DNA of 61,448 bases, filler included, from Dirinaria sp. TL-2023a (taxonomy: Eukaryota): assembly GCA_051941275.1 (NCBI GenBank). It is 18 parts of 18 records of this genome, joined end to end, with 100 filler letters (N's around TTAATTAATTAA, not from the genome) between each part and the next. Parts side by side here need not be neighbours in the genome. Positions count along the whole stretch, not along the records: positions 48,029 to 51,311 come from JAVEBF010002075.1; positions 51,412 to 54,692 come from JAVEBF010002076.1; positions 54,793 to 58,072 come from JAVEBF010002077.1; positions 58,173 to 61,448 come from JAVEBF010002078.1; 14 more parts are not named here. One strand, written 5' to 3'. Below are positions 50,357 to 61,448 of this stretch, in pieces. The translations under genes were made by a program, and so were the position numbers. The notes under the pieces are model-generated. The model was not told where the DNA came from and searched no databases. It saw only the letters and a list, made by a program, of their open reading frames with translations. The stretch's first letter is position 1. Each line of letters begins with the position of its first letter.

Positions 50357-51757
50357 GCAGCAATTTCTAAAATGAGTCATGAGCTGCCAAAACTACCTAT
50401 AGCACGTACGTGGCGGCGATGAGGACCATTCTGCCCGCTGAACAAGACCAGAATTCTGGTGGAAGCCTGGAGAGATCGCTCGCACAAGGCTGTACAAAAT
50501 GCACAATAGTCTCCTAGACAGCAGTAAGAAAATCATCGTGAGATAAGCTTTTGCCTTCTGAGCCGAGTATCTTAGCAGCAACTCGCTAACAAATATTTCA
50601 GACCTAGACCTCAGCCTGCCATAGTCAGAAGAGAGTTCAATTCTCGGGCGCTCCTCTGTTGTAGCATCTAACGAGATCATATCGTGCACCCCTTTACCAG
50701 CAACCACCCCGACGAGCGACAAAACATGTACCTCAGTTGAAGGGATTCTTCACGATAGAATATCTTCTACAAAAGCTCCCTGTGCTCAAATTACTTTGAG
50801 CTGTCAAGTTATAAACAAATCTCTTCAAATACGACAAACCGTAAAAGAATCAAAAATTCAAATATTTTAATCCGTATTTTCCCACAACCGTAAATCTCGA
50901 TTGCAATAGACCTCTATTTCCTCTAGCCCCATAAATGGAATTTTGGAGCGCCACCGCTTCATTCCCTCTCCTCGTCCTTCTCAAAAAAATCAGTACGAGT
51001 ATCGTCTAACAACTTCCTGATTCGACACTGGGTTCATCCATGGAACCTGACAAATGACAAGGTCCATCAACTCATTTCCCTCGTTCAAAGCGCTCTAGCC
51101 GTACCCATATATAAGAAAAAAAAATAATAAATACTATGGGGTCCGCTCATTATCTTATCAATTTACATTAATTGTTTTTTTTTCCCTTTTTTTTTGTTTG
51201 TTTGTGGAGATATGCAGAACAGCACTAATATATGTAGCTGGTAGTGATTGATATTCGAGGTTTGAGTTTTGTATTAGGGATAGACTTTTTTGAAAATTAC
51301 AGATTCTTAACNNNNNNNNNNNNNNNNNNNNNNNNNNNNNNNNNNNNNNNNNNNNTTAATTAATTAANNNNNNNNNNNNNNNNNNNNNNNNNNNNNNNNN
51401 NNNNNNNNNNNGCTTGAGGCTTGAGGCTTGAAGCTTGAAGCTGCTCATTCACAACTTCGCTTCACATCATTAATATTTTCTGCGCATCATCCAGCTACCT
51501 TTTCAATTCAATCCCACGGTCTCAAGACTCATGCCCGGGTCAAGTCGAGTCCCCATGAGCTTCCTACAGTGGGCGTCAACTGCAGCACAGTCAGCATATT
51601 TGCAGCTCGCAAACGCACTGTCTCAATAACATTTGGCCTTCGGCGTACTATCCGCCAAGATTTATTAACAAGCAAATCGTACCAGCCATTATCCATTGTC
51701 TGAGATAACAGCTCAACTGCTAAGATCCTACCAATCGAACCGTAGTCTGCCGGCGTG

Positions 51758-53652
51758 ATGCCTACCCTTGCAGTAAATAATTTCAACATCGTGTGTGCTA
51801 CACTCGGAGGCTTCATTTCGGTCTTTGGACTGGTATCATTCCTGCTCAAGGAACATTGCTACCTCTCTGAACCTCGTATGCTCTCGCTTCCCATCGACCA
51901 CTGGCTGATCACAACGATCACTGATATTTGACAGTGATCTCGCTTTTGGCTGGCATCACTTTCACCCACGGGACTAGGTTCTTCAAACCTTTAGAGTATG
52001 CTCTTGGCTCCGAACAAAATTTGAGTACCATCACTTTGTATTTCACGCGCCTGGTCCTCGGTGTGCAATTGGTGCTTGCAGGGGTGCAATTACCGAGCAA
52101 ATATCTCCAATACGAATGGAAGAGTCTGTCGCTCTTGCTCGGCCCTGGTATGACTGCCATGTGGGTGTCTAGCGCTCTCCTGATCTGGGCTATGGTGCCA
52201 AACCTCAGCTTTTTGCACGCCTTGGCAGTTGGCGCCTGTGTGACACCGACTGATCCAGTACTGTCAAACTCGATCGTAAAAGGCAAGTTCGCAGATAAAC
52301 ACATTCCGAAGGACCTGCAGAAGATCATCATTGGTGAATCCGGTGCCAATGATGGTCTGGGATACCCTTTCCTGTTCCTTGCTCTGTATCTCATCAAGTA
52401 TGTTGGGAGCGATGGTGCCGGCCAGCCTGGCGGTGCCAGCAAAGCAATGGGCTACTGGTTTGGGGAAACATGGGGCTATACGATTCTCTTGAGCGTTGTT
52501 TACGGAGCAGCAGTGGGATGGATAGCAAAAGATCTGCTTCACTGGGCTGAGCAAAAGAAGTTCGTTGACCGTGAGAGCTTTTTGGTTTTCGCGATTACGC
52601 TAGCGGTAAGTTGATCCTATTAATTTGCTGAGGGCTCTGCTAAAAATGTTAAAGCTTTTCACTGTGGGCACATGTGGAATGATTGGTAGTGATGACATCC
52701 TAGCCTGCTTTATAGCCGGTAATGCGTTTACTTGGGAGTGGGTGAACTTTGCTCTCAGTAAATCAGCGATCGCTGATTTCTATATACAGTGACTGGTTTC
52801 GCCTAGAGACCCTTGACGATTCATTACAACCGACAATTGATATGCTGCTGAATGTGTCCATTTTCATTTGGTTCGGAGCTGTCTGTCCGTGGTATGCATT
52901 TGCTCACAATGACATTATCCCCATCTACCGACTTATTCTACTGGGCATTCTGGTCCTCCTCCTCCGTCGGATACCAATCGTGTACTTGCTCCACCACAAT
53001 ATCTGGCAGGTGGAGTCGAAGCGACAAGCGTTGTTTGCGGGCTTCTTCGGTCCCATAGGAGTGAGCTCCGTGTTCTATTTGTATGTTAGTCTGGAGTTTC
53101 TCAGGGAAGTCACGGTGGACGGCGTCGTTCGTGAAGATGCGGCGCGTTTGGAGGATATCATGATGGTTGTCATCTGGTTTCTGGCGATATGCAGCATCGT
53201 ACGAGCACACCGTTCTCGCTGGTTAGCTTGCTTATGCTGACAATCATATACAGGTCGTTCACGGTCTAAGCGTACCGCTAGGTAAGCTGGGATATAACCT
53301 ACCGAGATCGTTCAGTACGAGAGTATCGAATGCGGATGGTCAACCGGCGCCATTCCAAGTGCAGCAGCCTGCTCTACATGGCGATGAAGTGCATCTTCAG
53401 AGCTTATATCGAGAACTTGACGCTCGAAGACCAGATGGTCCTTTGCGTCCAATCTTCCGCATTGGAGGCTCCGCGATTCACGACAGAAACAACGATGATG
53501 CCCCCGAACAGATTGCGAATGAGGAGATAATGCCATCGGATTCGAGAGTAGATGCCGAAGATGTGACGACCAATCCACCGCCGGCTGCATCACTCAACAC
53601 CAGTACGGACCTGGAACGGGGGCAGCAAATGGCTGAGAAGGAAAGTAAATAA
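51758..53652 (+). CDS. Na+/H+ antiporter (CPA1, Nha1/Sod2 family)
   Basis: MPTLAVNNFNIVC, ACVTPTDPVLSNSIVKG, ESGANDGLGYPF, GSDDILACF, LLLRRIP and FFGPIGV. Four introns. Confidence 0.95.
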
Positions 53653-55213
53653 TTATGTACAGGCAGGTTGATTGATGAGTAGGGAAAAGCACATAGAATC
53701 TCCTCATTGATTCTGAACTCAGGTTTAACGTATCTTATGAAGAGAATGAGACTTACACAATGGGGAGGCTATCTAAAAGTCGTTTTTTTTTCCCGCTTGT
53801 TTATTAAGACATATTCGTGATCATGTAGCTTACCTCAGAACCTCGACTACCGACGCAACAGGCACTTATATATCGAAGACGTTTCTATATATGCTCGCGG
53901 TACTAGTACTCGCACTCTTACTCCATATTATCTCACCCAAAAGAAGAAGAAGAGAAAAAATAAAGATACAAGCATACATAGCTCCGATAAATACTCCCTC
54001 CTCCTTGCACATCGAACCATTCCCCTTATCCCCTTCCCCCGGTTTAGCAAGTCATCAAAGCTACCATCCCAAATAAAATACAGAACCAAATAATAATAAA
54101 ACTCAACAAATGGTTTCCCTATCCTTTACTCTCCTAGACCTAAAACCATCCCTGCTCAAATACCAGCTCGCTCGCTCGCTCGTTTATATATCAGTGATCA
54201 TGGAGAAGAAGTATACACCCCCCGCCTCTTTTTTTTTTTTAAAAAAAAAAAAAGTGATGATTTATCCCTACTTGTATTTTAAAGTAGGCATTTTCCTCTA
54301 AAGCGAACAATCTCGATATCTTCTACTCCTGATCCTTGTACCAGCGCAGCGCAGCTAGCTCTATTCCATCTCTCCCATCGTGACTCAGCAGTAAAAGACT
54401 TTGAAGAAAATTTGATGTTCTTCGTTCATGATCCACGACACAGTATTCAAGAAAACCCCGGTTTGATATCCTTGCTGTTAGGTGTTCCAACATTGCGCTT
54501 TTTTTATTTTTTAAATGTTTTTATTTGTTCTGGCGGAAATATTCGCTATATACTAGATGCAATAATAACAGACCCATTTACCAAAGTATCCCTCACTAAG
54601 AACGTATCACTCCATGCCATCCATATAACCCCAAAAAAAGCGTTTTTATACCATACCGTGTCGTCTCATTACACATCTCCACAGCCCTCCTCNNNNNNNN
54701 NNNNNNNNNNNNNNNNNNNNNNNNNNNNNNNNNNNNTTAATTAATTAANNNNNNNNNNNNNNNNNNNNNNNNNNNNNNNNNNNNNNNNNNNNGAGTAAGA
54801 CTTGACTTTGAGATTGATGATGCTTGAGTACGTCTATTCAAGAATCGAAGCAACTGATTTTCTTTTTCCTTCTTTGTGTATAAGAGTTTTTTGTGAATGT
54901 AGTTCTAATTTTTTTTGAAATAATTACTTTGAAATGGCACTCTTATAGAACGCTGATAGGTCAAATTCAACCCCCCATGATTGCCAATTTCTAAATCACT
55001 CTAGAGAATATTTTTGGCTACAAGCAAAGCCTCGCAAAACGATTCACTAAACATTCTGAAACTGTCCCCTCTTCGAGATCTGATTTTGAAGACTTGGGAG
55101 TCTTTCTTATCGACCATGACGAAACTTCATTCTGATTCTTGAGCACTGATTCTTGTTATGTAAAAGCAGGAAAAGAGAGAGAAGAGTAGGAGAAAGAATA
55201 GAAAGAAAGCGTC

Positions 55214-56187
55214 ATGAATCGGCTCAAACTACTGCCATTGCTTACGGCGTTGATCGCTGAAAGGTAAATGAACATTATAACTATCGAGAGTCAGCTAACA
55301 TTTGTATGAGTAGCTATGCAGATAATGCGATCGAGAGGATGTCCTTTGAGTTGAACGTAAAACTCACAGATTTCAATGTCAGCATGCAGACGATGATCTC
55401 AGAATCATATTCAGAAGCTATGACTTATAATTCATCTATTCATCGAGTCATCGTCGACGTCAACAAGAAGAATATATTCTCTTCGCAGCGATTGAAAGCA
55501 TCTGTTGACGACACTATCCTGTTTACCCCAGTCGAGGTTCAGGACCGTATAGCTCAAGTCTGTCAGAATCAACGTTGTCAAGCTGATGATTCTTTGAGTC
55601 TCTTGAATTTTTCAAGACTAATATTCTCTCATCTAGTGACAACAGAGAAATCGACATAATTTTGTCACACAGAATCACAGCGAGACTGTGTGTCTCTCGA
55701 CAGAGACATAACACTCTTTAGCTTGAACCCGCCAAATTATCACACAATCAACAGTAGCATCACAACGAGCGTCGTGCAGACAATGTTAACGACCTCTCCG
55801 CAAGTATTAAGCTCACTGCGCACTGAAGATGGCCTTATTCCTTCAATGCCTATCGTAGCTTCTTCTACGGGTATACAGTCAATAAAGAATGGTACATCTA
55901 CTGCAAATTGTCAAAGACCCAACCTTGGTTAGATAGGTTTCCCAATGGTAAAAGTCCCGGCAGCGCCAAAAGACTAACTAAACCAAGTCAAGGGACTTGG
56001 TGCCTATCTTACTACTTAGGTGTTCCAGGGTCGTAACACAAATAGCAGTACCCGGACGACCGATGCTCTAAAGTCTGGAACACGGGCTTCGAGAATCCCA
56101 TTTCTTGGGGGCGCTGCGACAAAGAAAGTATCTAAGAGCGTGTTCTCTTTACTTGTTATCTATCACTACGTGATGGGAGTACTGTAG
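55214..56187 (+). pseudogene. Extracellular cupredoxin-like Ser/Thr-rich GPI-type protein pseudogene, interrupted by a solo LTR
   Basis: Signal peptide, HRVIVD...NIFSSQRLKASVDDTILF, ST*F, LFSLNP and a Ser/Thr tail. Removing the LTR and one TSD copy restores the frame to a hydrophobic C-terminus (VFSLLVIYHYVMGVL*). Confidence 0.6.
55909..56038. mobile_element. Solo LTR (130 bp) with 5-bp target-site duplication
   Basis: TGTCAAAGACCC...GGGTCGTAACA inverted termini, flanked by CAAAT at 55904..55908 and 56039..56043. Confidence 0.85.
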
Positions 56188-56624
56188 CATGAGTAAATCA
56201 GACTGAGGCAGATTACCGTGTCAATTTTGATCTATATCAGACGTATACTATGTCACATAAAATATCATCACCCATCTTGCTTCATGAACTACGCTGTGCT
56301 CTTTCTGTCGCATTACTCTGTGACTAAAACATCGACGACTGTCTTGATTTTCATTGAGAGATTCTTCTCGAGTACTCATTTGAAAGAAAGCACAATGATT
56401 CGCTGCACGCCCGCACGCTTCTCCAACTACTGTCACATTTTATTACACATTCCAGAGCAGTTTTTGATAGCTCTTGACGGCCATAAATGGAGTTTCAGCA
56501 TCCTTGTATGCAACCCCTTCTAAAACGTCGTGATCAAATAAAGCTCCCCTTCCTTCATAAATCACTATTAGTTCCTTGCTAATTCATCATTTCAATTCTT
56601 TTCAAGTCCGAAAGCTTGCCAGCG

Positions 56625-58072
56625 ATGATCTCTTCACTTGACCCAATCGTCATCGAGCTCAATCTACCTTCCGAAGCAGCTCAACGTAGTCAAGAAACAT
56701 CACTGCATTCATTCCTAGCTTCTCTTACAGTCTCGGCTTCGGTATTCGATGCTGAGATTGCGCTTTTCATTCTACTGAAGAACAAACTCACGCTATTGTA
56801 GTAAGTCATCTACATGATAAGTTTTAAAATCAGCAGCTAACAAACATCAGTCAATCTCGAACGTACCTTATATCGAAGAGTCAGCGTACTGAAAATTCCT
56901 CTTCAGGACCATTTCACTGAATTTCTGCTCTATTCCAAACATCAGACCGAGTCATCATTCAGAATTCAGGTCTCGATGCATACTTTTTTCTTCGTTATCT
57001 TCGCGCACTTTTGAGAATATTCGTTTGCCTTAGTCTAATAATCATTTCTGTCCTGATCTCTTTGAATCTTGTGTATGAAAAGAATGCGCCAGATGATGTC
57101 CAAGATCTGAATAAGTTCAGTTGAGCTAATGTAGAGCTGACACACATCAGCTTCTACTGAACTCATCTCGCAATGGTCTTAATCGTCATTATCTTGATAT
57201 GCCACACAATATATGTAGAATTGATCGAATATGTTGGCATTCGACAAACGTATCTTGAATCTTCTCGACATCAGATTCAAGCCTTCGCAAACGCTATTCT
57301 TGTGACGGATATTCCTGAGAAATTCTTGAATACTCCCAGTCTAACCCGTCTATATGACGTATTCTCTGACGACGTACGCACCGTCTGAATCAATCGAGAC
57401 TTGTCAAAGTTATTCAAAAAGATTGTGAAGCGAAAGAATGTAGTCAGTCTATTGAAGATCGCGGAGATCAAGCTGATCAGAGCGACGATGAAATCTTCCG
57501 ATGACAAACTGAGCTATAAGCTCACAAAGATCGAAAAGAGTGATTTGAATTACGTTCATGATGAAGATGAAGAATCTCGCTGAAAACGATATCTTAGAGA
57601 AGACGACCGTGAATATATGCGTCTTTCAATTTTCAATCTTAACTGAATGCCATTCATCCCTTTCATAGAAAGAAAGATGAATATCATCGATCACTGTGAG
57701 CAAGAGCTATCTCGTCTGAATAACGAGATCGATCAAGATCAGCAACAGCCTGAGAGATATTCACTTCTGAACTCAGCGTTCATTCAATTCAATACTCAAG
57801 AAGCGACATATATGGCTTGCGAGACGCTTGTTCGATGCGCTCTCTGATGTTTCAAGTCTCACTATCTCGAAACTTTGTCAGAGAATGTCAAATGAGAGAA
57901 TTTGTTCGAGACATGAATGACTCGATACGCACGCACAGCATTGATGATTGTCTCCGCCACCACACTTATTCTAGTATGATCTATTCCGATCGCTGTTACA
58001 GAAATAATATCTCAGCTTGTTTATCTGACGACTTTATGATCTTGGCTGCGTTGAGTCGATACACTCTCGACG
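56625..58072 (+). pseudogene. CSC1/OSCA (DUF221, Phm7/Rsn1-like) channel pseudogene, 3'-truncated
   Basis: SFLASL, GLDAYFFLRYL, NAILVTDIP, V*INRDLS and LNSAFIQFNTQEA. About nine in-frame TGA stops, mostly at conserved Trp positions. Confidence 0.9.
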
Positions 58073-59290
58073 NNNNNNNNNNNNNNNNNNNNNNNNNNNN
58101 NNNNNNNNNNNNNNNNTTAATTAATTAANNNNNNNNNNNNNNNNNNNNNNNNNNNNNNNNNNNNNNNNNNNNCATATGTACCCTCATACATCACTTCTCA
58201 TTCCCTTCCCATTCCCTTTTTCTTCTCCCAAAAAAAAATTTTTTTTTTGAAAACGAATCGACAAGCGAATTACTTTATAAAAAGTAATAAAGCTATGATA
58301 GTATCACTTCTTATCTTACTCATGGCTTTTGCAGAAACGATCGCGATATGATGAAATGTGGATTTGAGGAAGAAGGTGAGGGTTGAAGGTAATTCGAACG
58401 ATTTATTGACTTGAGGGATTTCGCTTGATTTTCAGCTTGCTGCGAGATATTGGTCTAGAAGAGAAGTAATAAGAGCGGGTGGGCGCGGTACTGTGATTGT
58501 TTTTGGGGGTTGGTATTTCTTCACCAAAACCGTTCTTTAGGTAGGGAGTAAGTATCTGATACTCAAACAGCGAAGTTTTATCGAGCACGTTGGGATATGA
58601 ATCATATGATAATGATACAAAGATACGTATGAATCGTGATGCTGAAGAAAAGGGAATTTAATTAGGATTGATTTTGTTGCTCGATGATGATATTAATGGA
58701 TATCCAGCGGTGGAAAGTTATGGTAATGAGAGGCGCTTGCAAGCGAACTGCTTAGCCACTAACACTTTATCGATTTTGTGTAAACTAGAGCTCCGAGTTC
58801 TGAGGAGGCTCGAGAACGAGTTTAGGGTAGGTGGATTCAATGATTTTATTTTATTCAAGACGGGACTACTACGTGCTTTTTTTTCTGATCAGTAAACTCG
58901 CTTTTCTACCAAAACCGCTTGACTAAACCGGCTCCCAGCTGTAAAGAAGTCTCGTGACGATTTTGCGTTTCTTTTGCAGTTCAAATAATAGGTCGGTCTC
59001 TGGCTGCTGTCTGAGTTCGGAATTGTCATTGAACAACCTCAATCCTTGCCAAGTATGCAGGTTCCGTTCGATCACAGCGAGATAAGAAACCGTACTATTT
59101 CATGCCTGTCGTGTTAAGCTGAAAAATTGCTACAGGGAAGACAGAAAGGCTGTAGACTGTCTGTCTTGTTCGAGAAAGAGCTGATTAAGATAGGACGTCG
59201 CAAGAGATCATGTCTTGATCTGACCTGCGCTCTACAGTATTTTCCCATTTTCCAAGATATGTAACGTCCTCGGATTCCCCCCACTTGACT

Positions 59291-60209
59291 TCATTCAACC
59301 TTGGAAGGGGCGAAAATGCCCCAAGAGCCACTCTTCCCTCCCAGCTTCCCAATCACTTTAACACCCTCAATTTCCAGATATCGGTCCACGGCTTTACACA
59401 TATCGACCACAGTCAAGGCCGCACCAATGACGCCTGTGAGCGCCTCCATCTCCACCCCCGTTTTGGCCGTCGTCGAGACCGAAACCGCGATCCTGACTCC
59501 ACCGTGAGTGCCGATAGGTGTAGATAGCAGCTTGGCTGCTTCCTGGTCAGCCGCGGCCTGAAGGTCTGGCCGTTGAACGGGTTCCCGTGTTTCATCCTCG
59601 GGACCAACCACTTCGACGTCAACGTCACATCCCTCCACGCCCACCCCGCCGTGGGTAAGTGGAATGAGATTGCTCGTCTGTTTCACGGACATGATGGCTG
59701 CCACACGTGCAACAGCAAGAACGTCGCCCTTCTGAATTTTGTGCTTGCGAATGAGAGATAAAGGTTGAGGGTTCGCAAACACTACGTGGCCTATCGCTAC
59801 AGCGCGTCTATAGGTTGGTTCCTTGCTAGAGACAGAAATCTGATGGACTTTTGACTCTGTGGTGAGGTGGGGCAAGTTGCTGGAAACTGATGTGTTTTCT
59901 GTTCCGACCTCAGAGCGCACAGCTCGAGCTGTTGACAACAACCGCGATGGGGGGCAATTTGATAATGACTGATGAAGCACTAGAGGTGAGATCGAGGACC
60001 ATTTAGGTGACCAGCGGGAATAGCTGTGGTTGAGTCTCAAGCTTGGTGATTTCCAAGATGTGTAGCCACGATCCCACCCGGCTGCTGCAGATGAAGAAGG
60101 GCCAGATGCAGGAGAGTCATCTATCGAGATTGGATCAGTGATCGGCGCCTTAATTGGTAGCCTATGCCAGGCTGGCGACAGGCTCGAGATGACCTGTAGC
60201 GTCTCGTTG
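59291..60209 (-). CDS. cnxABC: MoaC domain (cyclic pyranopterin monophosphate synthase); probably the downstream exon of a MoaA-MoaC fusion
   Basis: LPHL..., KGDVLAVARVAAIMSVKQTSNLIPLTH, KTGVEMEAL, DMCKAVD and KLGGKSG. No in-frame ATG upstream of the domain. Confidence 0.92.
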
Positions 60210-60251
60210 CTACTCTCTCAATCCGAGTAGCAAAGTCAAGTGGAACAAGAC

Positions 60252-61448
60252 CTACCCACCAATCAAGATCATCGGCCGGTTCTTCATATTCTCCAACTCG
60301 CCCATACCCGCATGCTTCTCTTTCTTTCTTTTGACTGCCATCCCAATGACCTCGAGCAGTTCCCGCTCCCGCTCACTATACCCGAGAGTCCCTGTGCTTC
60401 CAGGCAAGGCTTGTCGCCTGTCCATCTCGACCCTCTTCAATGCCTCCATAGCCATTTCATCCAGCGGCTGCCCAGCGTGATCCTTCCTTAGCATGTCCCG
60501 AAGGCTGACCTCGCTGTTGCCAAAAAGACAGACTTTCAAATTACCGTCGCTCGTGATTCGTAATCGGTTGCAGCTCCCGCAGAAATTATGCGTCATGCTC
60601 GTTATAAACCCTATCCTACCCAGAAAGCCCGGGACCGCAAAGGTTTTGCTGGTGTCATTCTTATGATCTTGAATCTTGTAAAGTGCAGGATACTTCTCCC
60701 GTATCATGGCCAACATCTCTTGATAGCCGAGCATCTTCCTCTGGCTCCATTTGTTCCCGTCGAAGGGCATATATTCAATGAATCGGACTTCGACATCCTT
60801 GTCCCTTCCCATCTCCACGAAGGGTATGATCTCCCGCTCATTAATGCCTCGCATGACCACGCAGTTTATCTTTAGCTTGATGGCCGCACCAAGTCGATTC
60901 ATCTCCAGTATTCGGTCAATACTTCGCATAACGGCATCAAACCCCTTCCGCCGCGTCATAATCTGGAACTGGAAAGGGTCCAGGGTATCTAAACTCAGAT
61001 TGATGCCAGAAAGGCCCGCATCCACCATGGCGTCAAGTTTCCGGTGTAACGCAATGCCGTTCGTTGTGAGGCACAGCTCACGAAGTCCTTTCGACCGAAG
61101 CGCGCCTATCGAATGCATCAAGGGCAGAATGTCCCGCCGTATCGTTGGCTCACCACCTGTCAGGCGTATCTTCGTGACACCTTGGGAGACAAAGAGCGCG
61201 GACAGATAGGAGATCTCGGGCGTTGTAAGCAGGTGGGATGGCGGTGACAGCGGGACGCCTTCTTCCGGCATACAGTATGTGCAGCGAAGATTGCACCGCT
61301 CGGTAATGCTGATTCGAAGATAGTCATGTTGACGGGAGAAGTTGTCTGTCAAGAAAGCCGAGAAAGGTTTTGCAGTCTTCACCCTCGCCGCACGCGGCAC
61401 TGGCGGAGGGACGTTGTCTGTGCTATGCTGTACAGGAGTTGGAAGTGA
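60252..61448 (-). CDS. cnxABC: MoaA GTP 3',8-cyclase (radical SAM, molybdenum cofactor biosynthesis), 5'-truncated
   Basis: [17 protein letters not shown] (CX3CX2C), [26 protein letters not shown] and C-terminal RPMILIGG*. The frame is open to the window end. Confidence 0.97.
   Translation of the reverse strand, partial: SLPTPVQHSTDNVPPPVPRAARVKTAKPFSAFLTDNFSRQHDYLRISITERCNLRCTYCMPEEGVPLSPPSHLLTTPEISYLSALFVSQGVTKIRLTGGEPTIRRDILPLMHSIGALRSKGLRELCLTTNGIALHRKLDAMVDAGLSGINLSLDTLDPFQFQIMTRRKGFDAVMRSIDRILEMNRLGAAIKLKINCVVMRGINEREIIPFVEMGRDKDVEVRFIEYMPFDGNKWSQRKMLGYQEMLAMIREKYPALYKIQDHKNDTSKTFAVPGFLGRIGFITSMTHNFCGSCNRLRITSDGNLKVCLFGNSEVSLRDMLRKDHAGQPLDEMAMEALKRVEMDRRQALPGSTGTLGYSERERELLEVIGMAVKRKKEKHAGMGELENMKNRPMILIGG

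Noticed and set aside
59291..60040. MoaC as an independent gene starting at 60040
   Set aside because: That start is TTG, the frame continues upstream to about 60217 without an ATG, and a splice fusion to MoaA explains it better.
1..61448. Window-wide gene cluster or operon-like system
   Set aside because: Contigs are unlinked and ordered by length. Adjacency across spacers has no meaning, and the contigs may not even share one genome.

Overview
This window is not one locus. It is 18 short contigs (about 3.28-3.36 kb, sorted by decreasing length) joined by identical 100-bp artificial spacers (N44-TTAATTAATTAA-N44), so adjacency is only meaningful within a contig. The DNA is nuclear DNA of a filamentous ascomycete: short GT-AG introns with CTRAC-type branch sites and Pezizomycotina-type genes. 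A lichen-forming fungus is plausible but unproven. Recognisable genes or fragments: ERG26, a PTH11-like membrane protein, probable ERG28 5' end, proline iminopeptidase, two cytochrome P450s, a (6-4) photolyase/cryptochrome 5' end, an NADP-dependent alkenal reductase, mitochondrial ThrRS, an AT-hook/EVE protein, FAB1, a DUF4211 protein, TOM22, a YwbE-CUE protein, a protein kinase, a Na+/H+ antiporter and a MoaA-MoaC (cnxABC/MOCS1) locus. There are also nested Ty3/Gypsy remnants and several pseudogenes. Most notable: (1) RIP-like hypermutation that appears to target CpC rather than the canonical CpA (TGG to TGA, Pro to Ser, Gly to Asp/Glu, near-total loss of CC/GG); (2) a micro-exon gene with three sequence-similar 45-46 nt introns; (3) a MoaA stop codon embedded in a predicted splice donor that could switch between free MoaA-GG and a MoaA-MoaC fusion; (4) a protein carrying several PP1-docking motifs; (5) a solo LTR with a target-site duplication inside a GPI-type gene. 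All calls come from manual reading; no database searches were run.
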